Shown here in pieces: positions 18,586 through 27,756 of a stretch of 64,000 bases of DNA. The stretch is from Candidatus Dormiibacterota bacterium (lineage in GTDB: Bacteria; Chloroflexota; Dormibacteria; Dormibacterales; Dormibacteraceae). Both the position numbers and the translations under genes were made by a program. How positions within the stretch are numbered: the first letter of the stretch is position 1; every line of letters begins with the position of its first letter. The stretch covers positions 28,107 through 92,106 of the forward strand of contig DATCPI010000116.1 in NCBI GenBank assembly GCA_036570165.1. Direction: 5' to 3'. A model generated the notes under the pieces. It searched no databases. It was not told the origin of the DNA and worked only from the letters and a program-made list of their open reading frames with translations.

Positions 18586-19356
18586 ATGAAGCATGGGATG
18601 GCGGAGCGACTGCTGGAAGGCAATTTCGCCGGGGACCGGCTCGCCGAATCGAGCGGGCCTATCTCCATCGACCTCGCCGTCTTCACGCTCGTTGGTCGCG
18701 AGCTGAGCGTGCTGCTGACCGAGCGCACGGACCCTCCATACCCCGGCTTCTGGGCGCTCCCCGGCAGCCTTCGCGGGCCCGGCGTCGCGCTTGACGCGCA
18801 GGCGCGAGCCCTCCAGGCCGCGGTCACCGGGGTCGAGGGCCGCTGGATCGAGCAGCTCAAGACTTTTCACCGGCCGCAGCAGGTCGATGCCAAGGGACAC
18901 GTTGTCGTGCCCGGTCGCGATCCCCGCGGCGATGTGCTCTCCGTCGCGTACATCGCGATAGTGCCAAGCGCGCTCGCCGAGTCGTGCGCCGATCGCAAGG
19001 GCGAGGGGCAGCAGCAGTGGCATCCCGTGCGCCGGCTGCCGGTGGAGATGGCGTTCGACCACCGCGAGATCGTCGACTACGCGGTACGCCGCCTGCGCAG
19101 CAAGGTGGGCTATTCGTCTCTCGGCTTCCAGCTGCTTCCCTCGGAGTTCACGATCACCGAGCTGCAGCAGGTTTACGAGGCCGTGCTCGGCCTCTCGATC
19201 AATCGCGGCAACTTCTGGCGCAGGGTCGTCGACCGCGGCGTCATCGAGCCCACGGGCAAGGAGCGCAGCGTGCGCGGCAAGCGCGCCTATCTTTTCCGCT
19301 TCACCCAGCAGGCATTCGGCTTGCGCGAGGAGCCCGATGGTTTTATCGAAGCCTGA
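18586..19356 (+). CDS. nrtR: NrtR-type regulator (degenerate Nudix domain + C-terminal winged HTH)
   Basis: The Nudix box is degenerate (GSLRGPGVALDAQARALQAAVTGV lacks the REUXEE glutamates). The C-terminus FDHREIVDYAVRRLRSKVGYSSLGFQLLPSEFTITELQQVYEAVLGLSINRGNFWRRV is NrtR-like. The gene sits directly upstream of, and overlaps, nadC. Confidence 0.75.
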   Translation: MKHGMAERLLEGNFAGDRLAESSGPISIDLAVFTLVGRELSVLLTERTDPPYPGFWALPGSLRGPGVALDAQARALQAAVTGVEGRWIEQLKTFHRPQQVDAKGHVVVPGRDPRGDVLSVAYIAIVPSALAESCADRKGEGQQQWHPVRRLPVEMAFDHREIVDYAVRRLRSKVGYSSLGFQLLPSEFTITELQQVYEAVLGLSINRGNFWRRVVDRGVIEPTGKERSVRGKRAYLFRFTQQAFGLREEPDGFIEA

Positions 19357-20191
19357 CCTCGACCTGGTGGTGGGCCTCGCGCTCGAGGAAGACCTCGGTC
19401 AGCATCGCACCGACGTAACCACCGAGGCGGTCGTCGACCCAGAGCTCATGGGCGAGGCGGTTGTGATCGCACGCAAGCCCGGAGTGCTCAGTGGCATGGA
19501 TGCGGCGGCGAAGGTCTTCGAGTTGGTTCGCCCGCCATGCGAGTTTCACGCGCTGCTCGCGGATGGCACGAGGCTGGAGGCCGAAGACCAGCTGGCTCGC
19601 GTCAGCGGACCTCTGGCGTCGATTCTCACCGCGGAGCGCGCCGCGCTCAACTTTCTGCAGCGGTTGTCCGGTATCGCAACCATGACGCGGCGCTACGCCG
19701 ACGCACTTGGAGGCTATCCCGATGTAAGGCTGCTCGACACGCGCAAGACGACGCCGGGATTGCGTTTTCTCGAGCGCGCCGCTGTGCGAGCCGGAGGCGG
19801 ACACAACCACCGCGATGGCCTTTGGGACGCGATCCTCATCAAGGACAACCACGTGGCCGCGGCAGGCAGCGTGACCGAGGCGATCAGTAGGGCGCGACGC
19901 GCGCGAATGCCGATCGAAGTTGAGGTCGACACGCTCGAACAGCTTCGCGAGGCACTCGACGCGGGGGCCGAGATGGTCCTTCTGGACAACATGTCGCCAG
20001 AGCTCATGCGTCGCGCGGTTGAAATGACCGCCGGCCGCGCGAGGTTGGAGGCGTCGGGTGGGATGACGTTGGAAGGTGCGGTGGCCGCGGCGAAAGCCGG
20101 AGTGGATCGAATCTCTGTCGGAGCGCTGACTCACTCGGCGCCGGCCCTGGACCTGAGCCTGGAGGTTACCAAGACATGGCGGTGGAGGTGA
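19337..20191 (+). CDS. nadC: Nicotinate-nucleotide pyrophosphorylase (carboxylating)
   Basis: LLDTRKTTPGLR, HNHRDGLWDAILIKDNH and MVLLDNM motifs. Overlaps nrtR by 20 nt. Confidence 0.9.
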   Translation: MVLSKPDLDLVVGLALEEDLGQHRTDVTTEAVVDPELMGEAVVIARKPGVLSGMDAAAKVFELVRPPCEFHALLADGTRLEAEDQLARVSGPLASILTAERAALNFLQRLSGIATMTRRYADALGGYPDVRLLDTRKTTPGLRFLERAAVRAGGGHNHRDGLWDAILIKDNHVAAAGSVTEAISRARRARMPIEVEVDTLEQLREALDAGAEMVLLDNMSPELMRRAVEMTAGRARLEASGGMTLEGAVAAAKAGVDRISVGALTHSAPALDLSLEVTKTWRWR

Positions 20192-21180
20192 TTTCCCTCG
20201 AGGAGGATGCCGCCGAGTACTCGCGGCGCAGCCTTCCTCGCGACATCGCAAGCATGAGCCGAGAGATCCGCGAGCTGGCGCGCGCCCGCAACGCGGTCAT
20301 CCTCGCGCACAACTATCAGGTCCCGGAGGTCCAGGACGTTGCGGACTACGTAGGCGACTCGCTCGGCCTCTCACGCCAGGCTGCGGCAACCGAAGCGGAC
20401 GTAATCGTGTTCTGCGGGGTCCACTTCATGGCCGAGACCGCGGTGATCCTGAGCCCGAACAAACGCGTGCTCACCCCCGACCTCGAGGCAGGCTGCTCGC
20501 TAGCGGCGACGATCAACGCGACACAGCTCGCGGCCTGGAAAGCCGAGCACCCTGGTGCGGTGGTGGTGTCCTACGTCAACACCACCGCCGAGGTGAAGGC
20601 GCTGAGCGACTACTGCTGCACGTCCGGCAACGCCGAGCGTGTGATCCGGGCGATCCCTGAAGACAAGGAGATCCTGTTCCTGCCGGACATGTTTCTGGGC
20701 ACGTACCTGGAGAAGGTCACGGGCCGCACGATGCACGTTTGGCCGGGAGAGTGTCACGTGCACGCGGGCATCAGGCCGGCCGACATCGATCGCGCGCGGC
20801 GCGAGCACGGGGACGCGGACTTGCTGGTCCACCCCGAATGCGGATGCGCGAGCCAGTGCATGTACTTCAAGGCGAACGGGGACATCGACGCGGACCGCAC
20901 GCACATCCTCAGCACCGAGGGGATGGTGAAGCACGCACAGAAGCACCCCGCTCGCAGCTTCGTCGTCGCGACCGAGCTCGGCATCATGCACCGCCTGTCG
21001 AAGGAGGCGCCGCAAAGTCGCTTCTACGCCGCCAGCGAGCGCGCGATCTGCCGCTACATGAAGAAGATCACCCTCGAGAAGCTGTTGACCTCGCTGCGCG
21101 AGGACGTGTTCGAGGTCACGGTCCCTCAAGACGTCGCGGACAAGGCACGGCTTGCCATTCAGCGGATGGTCGAGCTGTGA
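20176..21180 (+). CDS. nadA: Quinolinate synthase
   Basis: VILAHNYQVPEVQDVADYVGDSL, FCGVHFMAETA and the downstream Cys ligands. Confidence 0.95.
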   Translation: MAVEVISLEEDAAEYSRRSLPRDIASMSREIRELARARNAVILAHNYQVPEVQDVADYVGDSLGLSRQAAATEADVIVFCGVHFMAETAVILSPNKRVLTPDLEAGCSLAATINATQLAAWKAEHPGAVVVSYVNTTAEVKALSDYCCTSGNAERVIRAIPEDKEILFLPDMFLGTYLEKVTGRTMHVWPGECHVHAGIRPADIDRARREHGDADLLVHPECGCASQCMYFKANGDIDADRTHILSTEGMVKHAQKHPARSFVVATELGIMHRLSKEAPQSRFYAASERAICRYMKKITLEKLLTSLREDVFEVTVPQDVADKARLAIQRMVEL

Positions 21181-22550
21181 AAACAGACGTCCTTGTAATC
21201 GGTGATGGGCTGGCCGGTTCAGCGGCGTCGCTGGAGGCGGCCCGCCTTGGAGCGTCGGTGGCCCTCGTCTCGGCAGAACATGGCTCGTCCGACCGTGCCC
21301 AGGGCGGCATCGCGGCCGCGACCCTGCCCGAGGACTCGCCGAGCCTCCACGCGCTCGACACGATCGCGGCCGGAGGCGCGCTGTGCGACCCGAGCGCGGT
21401 GGCGATGCTGACCGCGGCCGGTCCGCCCACCGTGAGCTGGCTCGAGTCGCTCGGCGTTCGCTTCGATGGCGGTTCGGCGCGTGAGGCGGCGCACTCGTTG
21501 CCGCGAGTCCTACACCTCGGTGGCGACCAGAGCGGCAGCACGCTGATGGGCTTCATGCGTGCCGCGATCGAGCACGAGCCGAACATCACGCGATACCGCG
21601 CGCGCCTTCAGTCGCTTATCGTCGACGAGTCGTGTAGCGGCGCGGTCTTCTCTGGCGGTCTTGTCGTGCACGCAGGGGCGACGGTGCTCGCGACCGGCGG
21701 CTATGCCGGTCTCTTCGGGCGGACGACCAACAGCCGGATCAGCAATGGCAAGGGAATTCTCGAAGCGGCTCGGGCCGGCGCCCGCGTCGCCGACCTGGAG
21801 TTCATCCAGTTTCACCCGACGGTCTTCGACGGTGCCCATGCTTTCTTGATCACCGAGGCGCTGCGTGGCGCGGGCGCATACCTGGTCGACGAACATGGCG
21901 AGCGTTTCGTGGATGAGCTTTTGCCGCGCGACCAGGTGGCGCGAGCGGTAGCCGTGCGCCGCCACCGTGCGTTCCTATCGGCGACCCACCTGGACCCCAA
22001 TTTGCTGAGGCGGAACTTTCCGAACTTCATTCGCAACTGCCGCCACGTCGGCATCGACCCGCTCCGGCAGGTCGTGCCGATCACGCCGGCCGCTCACTAC
22101 ACGATGGGTGGCGTTGTCACCGACCTCGACGGCCGGTCGTCGGTGGATGGTCTGTACGCGGCCGGCGAATGTGCGCGCACCGGCGTGCACGGCGCGAACC
22201 GACTCGCCAGCAACTCTCTTCTAGAGGCAGCTGCGTTCGGCCGCCGCGCGGCCGCTGCCGCGGTCAGCGCGCCGCGAATGCAACGGGCCGGTGAGGCCCG
22301 GCCAAACGTGTGGCGACGCGGCGGCCTCACGGTTGCGCAGGTGGGGGAGCTGCTCGACTCGGCCGCCGGAGTTGTGAGAACCGGAGGCGCGCTGAATTAC
22401 GCGCTGAGGCGTCTGCGTTCGGGCGCGGTCTCTCCCGTCGCGGCTGACGCCGCCGAGATGGCCTCGATGATCTGCTCCGCGGCGCTCGCGCGGCCGATCA
22501 GCCTCGGCGCGCATCAAAGGCTGGACGCTCCGATTGCAGTCGCTGTTTAG
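21177..22550 (+). CDS. nadB: L-aspartate oxidase
   Basis: GTG 21177 overlaps the nadA TGA (GTGA). VLVIGDGLAGSAASLEA (FAD), HYTMGGV and RTGVHGANRLASNSLLE. The first ~146 aa of the 603-aa track ORF are an alternative frame of nadA. Confidence 0.9.
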   Translation: MKTDVLVIGDGLAGSAASLEAARLGASVALVSAEHGSSDRAQGGIAAATLPEDSPSLHALDTIAAGGALCDPSAVAMLTAAGPPTVSWLESLGVRFDGGSAREAAHSLPRVLHLGGDQSGSTLMGFMRAAIEHEPNITRYRARLQSLIVDESCSGAVFSGGLVVHAGATVLATGGYAGLFGRTTNSRISNGKGILEAARAGARVADLEFIQFHPTVFDGAHAFLITEALRGAGAYLVDEHGERFVDELLPRDQVARAVAVRRHRAFLSATHLDPNLLRRNFPNFIRNCRHVGIDPLRQVVPITPAAHYTMGGVVTDLDGRSSVDGLYAAGECARTGVHGANRLASNSLLEAAAFGRRAAAAAVSAPRMQRAGEARPNVWRRGGLTVAQVGELLDSAAGVVRTGGALNYALRRLRSGAVSPVAADAAEMASMICSAALARPISLGAHQRLDAPIAVAV

Positions 22551-22560
22551 AGGTGCGGCC

Positions 22561-22629
22561 GCGCCATCGGGGCCCATTTGGTCGTATCTCTGGCGGTGAT
22601 AGCGCCATCGGGGCCCATTTGGTCGTATC
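22561..22629. repeat. Perfect 28-nt direct repeat x2 (GCGCCATCGGGGCCCATTTGGTCGTATC) separated by 13 nt
   Basis: Copies lie at 22561-22588 and 22602-22629, between the nadB stop (22550) and the convergent gene stop (22648). Confidence 0.9.
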
Positions 22630-22647
22630 CCCAGGCTGGCTGCGCAG

Positions 22648-22980
22648 CTAGCGCTTCAGCCCCCGGTAGGTCTCGACCTCGCCGGCGATCGCGATGACAG
22701 ATGCGATGCCGAAAGTCATCGCTCCCAGGACGAGCAGCGCAGCGCCGACCGGAAGGAGTCGAGCAGTCACGGCCAGGCCCACGCACATGATTCCGATCGC
22801 AAGCACCAGCGTCGAGTAAGTCCTGAAGCCCCGGCGGCTGGCCGCGAAACCTGGGGCCAACTCTCCGAGTGATCGTGACGTGACGCGGCGGATGACAAGG
22901 TCGCCCACGCCGAATAGGTTTACGAGCAGGACCAGCCCCGCCACAACGAGCAGCACGCCGATCGCCAGCACCAAGCTCAC
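22648..22980 (-). CDS. Small integral membrane protein (3 predicted TM segments), function unknown
   Basis: Hydrophobic segments SLVLAIGVLLVVAGLVLLV, LVLAIGIMCVGLAVTARLL and AALLVLGAMTFGIASVIAIAG. The remainder of the 428-aa ORF is antisense to lepA. Start is uncertain: GTG 22980 is preferred because ATG 23079 would put a repeat hairpin (23017-23053) inside the CDS and leave 6 nt to lepA. Confidence 0.45.
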   Translation of the reverse strand: MSLVLAIGVLLVVAGLVLLVNLFGVGDLVIRRVTSRSLGELAPGFAASRRGFRTYSTLVLAIGIMCVGLAVTARLLPVGAALLVLGAMTFGIASVIAIAGEVETYRGLKR

Positions 22981-23016
22981 GTCCCCAATTTTCGCCCAGC
23001 GGAGCGCGCCCGGAGT

Positions 23017-23053
23017 CCTCGGCGGATCTTCGGCGCCCAATCTCTCGCCGAGG
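23017..23053. repeat. Palindromic element related to the arms of the 3671-3855 element
   Basis: CCTCGGCG-N21-CGCCGAGG. The 31 nt at 23023-23053 equal 3698-3714 plus 3822-3836 joined. Confidence 0.7.
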
Positions 23054-23085
23054 ATCCGGTCGCCCTCCGCCTCTAGCATTGCAGC

Positions 23086-24888
23086 GTGCCCACCACCCAG
23101 GATCGAGTGCGGAACTTCTGCATCATCGCCCACATCGACCACGGCAAGTCCACGCTTGCGGACCGCCTGCTCGAGTACACGGGGTCGATCAGCAAGCGCG
23201 ACATGCAGGCACAGGTCCTCGATTCGATGGACCTGGAGCGCGAGCGTGGGATCACGATCAAGCTGCAGGCGGTCCGCATGACTTATCCGGCCAAAGACGG
23301 CAAGACCTACGAACTGAACCTCATCGACACGCCCGGGCACGTCGACTTCGCCTACGAGGTATCGAGGTCGCTCGCCGCGTGCGAAGGCGCGCTCCTGGTC
23401 GTCGACGCCGCGCAGGGCATCGAAGCCCAGACGCTCGCCAACCTCTACCAGGCGGTGGAGGCAGGGCTGACGATCATCCCGGTGGTGAACAAGATCGACC
23501 TCGATGCCGCGCAGCCAGAGATGGTGGCAGAGGAGATCTCGGACGTCACCGGCATCCCGCGAGACCAGGTCATCTTCGCCTCCGCCAAGCAGGGCATCGG
23601 CACCCAGGAGATCCTCGAGGCGGTGATCGCCAGAGTGCCACCTCCGCGCGGCGACCCTTCGAAGCCACTGCGCGCGCTCATCTTCGACTCTCACTACGAC
23701 ATCTACCGCGGCGTCATCACCTACGTGCGCGTCGTCGATGGCGAGATCATCCCTGGGACCAAGATCCGCATGATGAACACCGGCTCCGTCCACGAGGCCG
23801 ATGAGGTCGGCTGGTTCGCGCCCGCGCCGCGCCCCGCCGAAAAGCTGACCGCAGGCGAGGTGGGTTACGTAATCGCTGCGATCAAGAACGTCGTCGATGC
23901 GCGAGTGGGCGACACGATCACCACCGCCGAGCACGGCGCGACGGCGCCGCTGCCTGGCTACCGACTCGTCAAGCCGATGGTCTTCGCGGGCCTCTTTCCG
24001 ACCGATTCAGCCAGTTTCTCGGACCTGAAGGAGGCCCTGGAAAAGCTTCAGCTGAACGACGCCGCGCTGTCCTACGAGCCGGAGAACTCGGCAGCGCTCG
24101 GATTCGGCTTTCGCTGCGGGTTCCTCGGTCTGCTGCACCTGGAGATCGTCCAGGAACGCCTCGAGCGGGAGTTCGAGCTCGACCTGATCACCACCGCGCC
24201 GACCGTGGAGTACCAGGTGAAGCTCAGACGCGGTGAGGTGATCGCTGTCGACAACCCGGCAACCCTGCCGGATCCGACCCTGATCGAATCCATCGCCGAA
24301 CCTTACGTGAAGCTCTCCATCATCGTGCCGTCCGCGTACGTCGGTCCGATGATGGAGCTGTGCCAGGACCGCCGTGGTTCGTTCAAGCATCTCGAGCACC
24401 GGCCGGGAGACAGGGTCGTGATCGAGTACGAGATTCCGCTCGGTGAGATCATCCACGACTTCTACGACCAGCTGAAGTCCCGCTCTAAGGGCTACGCGTC
24501 GATGGACTACGAGATGATCGGCTTTCGCGAGGGCGACCTGGTCAAGCTCGACGTGCTCGTGGCGGGCGAACCGGTCGACGCGCTGTCCCTCATCACGCAT
24601 CGAAGCAAGGCTCAGATCCAGGGTCGCAAACTTGTCGAGAAGCTGAAGACGATCATTCCGCGTCAGATGTTCGAGGTCCCGCTGCAGGCGGCGATCGGGG
24701 GCAAGGTGGTCGCCCGCGAAACGATTCCGGCGATGAGAAAGGACGTGCTTGCGAAGTGTTACGGCGGTGACATCACGCGCAAGCGCAAGCTTCTGGAGAA
24801 GCAGAAGGAAGGCAAGCGACGGATGAAGCGGGTCGGTTCGATCGAGATTCCACAAGAGGCGTTCATGGCGGTGCTGAAGCTTGGCTAG
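23086..24888 (+). CDS. lepA: Translation elongation factor 4
   Basis: [33 protein letters not shown] and a LepA-specific C-terminus. GTG start. Confidence 0.95.
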   Translation: MPTTQDRVRNFCIIAHIDHGKSTLADRLLEYTGSISKRDMQAQVLDSMDLERERGITIKLQAVRMTYPAKDGKTYELNLIDTPGHVDFAYEVSRSLAACEGALLVVDAAQGIEAQTLANLYQAVEAGLTIIPVVNKIDLDAAQPEMVAEEISDVTGIPRDQVIFASAKQGIGTQEILEAVIARVPPPRGDPSKPLRALIFDSHYDIYRGVITYVRVVDGEIIPGTKIRMMNTGSVHEADEVGWFAPAPRPAEKLTAGEVGYVIAAIKNVVDARVGDTITTAEHGATAPLPGYRLVKPMVFAGLFPTDSASFSDLKEALEKLQLNDAALSYEPENSAALGFGFRCGFLGLLHLEIVQERLEREFELDLITTAPTVEYQVKLRRGEVIAVDNPATLPDPTLIESIAEPYVKLSIIVPSAYVGPMMELCQDRRGSFKHLEHRPGDRVVIEYEIPLGEIIHDFYDQLKSRSKGYASMDYEMIGFREGDLVKLDVLVAGEPVDALSLITHRSKAQIQGRKLVEKLKTIIPRQMFEVPLQAAIGGKVVARETIPAMRKDVLAKCYGGDITRKRKLLEKQKEGKRRMKRVGSIEIPQEAFMAVLKLG

Positions 24889-25939
24889 CCGAGCCCTGCG
24901 CTTGGTCGCGTTGATCGCCGTGTTAGCCCTGATGGCGAGCGCTTGCACGCGCTCCTCATCGCCCAGCGCGAGCCGGGTGCAGCCCGCGGACCTTTATGGA
25001 GCCAACCCCAGCCTCATCGACGTGCGGTCACTGCTTGGCAGCGGTGACTGGTGGCCAGGGCCGCCATCTTTCGGAGTGCGACCCCTCGACTCGGCGTCGA
25101 TGGCCGCCAAGGAAAAGTTCCAGGTCGTCACGCGTTTTGTGCACATCGGAACCGCGGAAACTTTCGAGATCGGGTACATGGTGTGGGACTCGAGCTCATC
25201 GGCAACCAATTCGATGAACAACGTACAGGCCGCCCTCGGAACCTCCGTCACTGGTCCGAAGGTAGGGGACCGAGTTCTCTATTACGGCGCACAGGGCTCT
25301 GGGGCGGCGCCCTATGGCTATATCACCATCGTCCGCATCGGGCAGATTGTCACCACCATCGCGCTGAACCTGAAAGATCCGTCTGCCAAGGTCGCGCAGC
25401 TGGCGAAGATCGCGACCAAGGTCACGTCCCGGCTCAAGGACGTGCTCGCCGGCAAAGTGCGTGTAAGTCCGCTTCCCACCGCAGATGTGTCCTTGCTGCC
25501 GCCCCCCGGTCCGGAGATGACCCTTCTCGCCTCGGTCAGGCTCCCGATCGAAGCCATCGTGGTCATGCTCGACTCAACCTCCCCTGATGCCATCGCCGGG
25601 AGCTTGCACACCGCGGGCGTCGACAGCATCGTGTTTGGCGACTACGTGCTGGACAACGACACGCACATGGAAGTTCGCGCGAGCGTGTTCAACTTCATGA
25701 ACGCTGAGCAGGCCACCACCTGGCTGGAAGCCCTCCGAGGCGCCCATCGCGTCGACTCTAACGGCATCAGTTTTTTCTATGACGACCCAACTGCGCAGTA
25801 TTTCAGCCTGATCGCGGCGGGCACTAAGAGCGCGGTCCTCGTGTGCCGGTCGACCACGTCAGGCGAAGCGGCTTCACGGTCGTGCGAGGCGCCGCTGTCG
25901 CGGGTCGCGCCGGCGTGGCAGATCAGCCTTACGGGTTGA
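24881..25939 (+). CDS. Secreted protein / putative lipoprotein, function unknown
   Basis: Signal peptide [16 protein letters not shown] with a lipobox-like ASAC followed by a Ser-rich linker. TTG start overlaps the lepA end. No family recognised. Confidence 0.5.
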   Translation: MASRALRLVALIAVLALMASACTRSSSPSASRVQPADLYGANPSLIDVRSLLGSGDWWPGPPSFGVRPLDSASMAAKEKFQVVTRFVHIGTAETFEIGYMVWDSSSSATNSMNNVQAALGTSVTGPKVGDRVLYYGAQGSGAAPYGYITIVRIGQIVTTIALNLKDPSAKVAQLAKIATKVTSRLKDVLAGKVRVSPLPTADVSLLPPPGPEMTLLASVRLPIEAIVVMLDSTSPDAIAGSLHTAGVDSIVFGDYVLDNDTHMEVRASVFNFMNAEQATTWLEALRGAHRVDSNGISFFYDDPTAQYFSLIAAGTKSAVLVCRSTTSGEAASRSCEAPLSRVAPAWQISLTG

Positions 25940-26915
25940 GGCTAGCGGTCGTTTTCTGCCGGCCGCGCTCCGCCTGGAACCACTCCCACTGCTTGGTCAG
26001 GCCTTCGCGCAGAGCCACTCGCGGCTCCCAGCCGAGTCGCTCCCTGGCGAGGTTGATCGAGGCGCCGGTATGTCTCGGATCGCCCGGCGCCGCGAGCAGG
26101 TTTTTCCTTCGCGCCTTCACCCGGCTGATGTCCTCGAGCGTCGCGAGCACTCGGTTGATCGTGACCCGGCTTCCGCCGCCAAGGTTCACGACCTGGCCGA
26201 CGACGTCCGCGGTCGCCGCCTTGATCGTGCCTTCGACTGCGTCAGAAACGTAGGTGAACTCGCGCGTCTGCTCGCCATCGCCGAATACCTCGATCCGCTC
26301 GTCGTCGACCAACGCCTGCATGAAACGGGCAAAAGCCATGTCGGGCCGCTGTCGCGGGCCGTACACGGTGAAGTACCGGACGGACACGACAGGAAGGCCG
26401 AAGTTTTTCGTGTAGAGAAGGGCGAGGTGCTCGGCCGCAAGCTTGGTCACGCCGTAAGGCGAAACCGGGCGGGGAAGAGCTGACTCCTTCGTCGGGAACA
26501 TCTCAGCATCGCCGTAGACCGAGGAGCTTCCCGCGAAGACCAGCCGGTTTACGCGCGTCGTTTTCAGGGACTCGAGAAGGCGCTGGGTCGCGATGATGTT
26601 GTCGCGGACGTAGCTGTCGAACTGCTCGCCCCAGCTCGGACGCACGCCTGGGCGGCCGGCCAGGTGATAGACCACGGTTGCACCACGCAGCACACGCCGG
26701 AGGTCAGCGTCAACGAGGTCGAGCTCTTCGAAAGTGAAGTCCGGATGAGCCCTCGAGGCTTCGAGGTTCTCGTCTTTGCGCGCGCGCTCGTAAAAGTCGG
26801 TGAAGCTGTCGATGCCCGTGACCTTGTGGCCAAGCGCGAGGAGCCGCTCACACAGGTGTGAGCCGATGAATCCGGCGGCGCCGGTAACTACCGCGCGTTG
26901 CGACTGAGATGCCAT
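25929..26915 (-). CDS. SDR-family NAD-dependent sugar-nucleotide epimerase/dehydratase
   Basis: VVTGAAGFIGSHL (Rossmann) and the catalytic YGVTKLAAE (YxxxK). Confidence 0.85.
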   Translation of the reverse strand: MASQSQRAVVTGAAGFIGSHLCERLLALGHKVTGIDSFTDFYERARKDENLEASRAHPDFTFEELDLVDADLRRVLRGATVVYHLAGRPGVRPSWGEQFDSYVRDNIIATQRLLESLKTTRVNRLVFAGSSSVYGDAEMFPTKESALPRPVSPYGVTKLAAEHLALLYTKNFGLPVVSVRYFTVYGPRQRPDMAFARFMQALVDDERIEVFGDGEQTREFTYVSDAVEGTIKAATADVVGQVVNLGGGSRVTINRVLATLEDISRVKARRKNLLAAPGDPRHTGASINLARERLGWEPRVALREGLTKQWEWFQAERGRQKTTASLNP

Positions 26916-26980
26916 CGCTGAGTAGAGTGCGGTTCCGCAGCGCCCGTTTGCAACCGTCGCGCCTCCTATCCTGTCAATCG

Positions 26981-27436
26981 ATGAGGCGATTCGAAGCGTG
27001 GCTCGCAGGACGCGACACTGGCCTTGCCGTGAAGGAGTTTCCCGCCGGCACGCGAACGGCGGTCGACGCCGCCCGTGCGGTCGGCTGCGAGGTGGGGCAG
27101 ATCGTCAAGTCGCTGGTGTTCGTGGCCGCGGGAAAACCGGTGGTGGCCCTGGTCAGCGGCGCGAACAGATTGGACGAAAAACGCCTTGCGGCGGTTGCCG
27201 GCGAGCCGGTGCTCAAGGCTGATGCGGAGACCGCGCGGACGGCGACCGGTTATTCGATCGGCGGTGTCCCGCCGTTCGGCCACGCGACCGAGGTCCCGGT
27301 GTTCATGGACCGGGACCTGCTCGGCTATGAGGTGGTGTGGGCCGCGGCCGGTCGGCCGGACTCGGTATTCGAGATCGCGCCGGATCGCCTACGCGAGCTG
27401 AGCGCGGCTAATGTGACTGACCTGAAACTCACATGA
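26981..27436 (+). CDS. YbaK/EbsC-type aminoacyl-tRNA deacylase domain protein
   Basis: QIVKSLVFVAAGKPVVALVSG.NRLDEKRL and GYSIGGVPPFGH motifs. ATG at 26981 inside the longer ORF. Confidence 0.8.
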   Translation: MRRFEAWLAGRDTGLAVKEFPAGTRTAVDAARAVGCEVGQIVKSLVFVAAGKPVVALVSGANRLDEKRLAAVAGEPVLKADAETARTATGYSIGGVPPFGHATEVPVFMDRDLLGYEVVWAAAGRPDSVFEIAPDRLRELSAANVTDLKLT

Positions 27437-27756
27437 GCAGCATTCTCGTTTTCTGCCGGGACTGCGGCAAGCAGGTCCCGAGCTCGGAAACCCGCGACGG
27501 CCGGTGTCTCGACTGCCAGGTGCGCAAGTCGGTCGCGGACCTGCGGGAGGAGCACGCTCGACTCTGGCGCAAGCGCGAGAGGTACCGCAGCCAGCAGGCC
27601 AACGTCGAGCAGATCGGCCGGCAGATCGCGCGTGTCGAAGACCGCATGGGCCAGCGGATCAAGCAGCTCGTGCCCAACGAGAGGCAAGCCGTCGACTACC
27701 TGCGGCGCGAGCTCGAAGCCGCGCGTGGCCAGCGCTACACGATCAAGGGCGTATGA
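27433..27756 (+). CDS. Small zinc-ribbon + coiled-coil protein, function unknown
   Basis: CRDCGKQ-N12-CLDCQ followed by a heptad-like Arg/Glu-rich helix. ATGA overlaps on both sides (27433-27436 and 27753-27756). Confidence 0.5.
   Translation: MSSILVFCRDCGKQVPSSETRDGRCLDCQVRKSVADLREEHARLWRKRERYRSQQANVEQIGRQIARVEDRMGQRIKQLVPNERQAVDYLRRELEAARGQRYTIKGV

Noticed and set aside
22561-22629. Possible CRISPR array
   Set aside because: There are only two repeat copies with a 13-nt spacer, and no cas genes anywhere in the window.
22981-23934. N-terminal 300+ aa of the 428-aa - strand ORF 22648-23934
   Set aside because: It is antisense to lepA, which is unambiguous. Only the hydrophobic C-terminal ~110-143 aa that lie outside lepA are plausible coding sequence.
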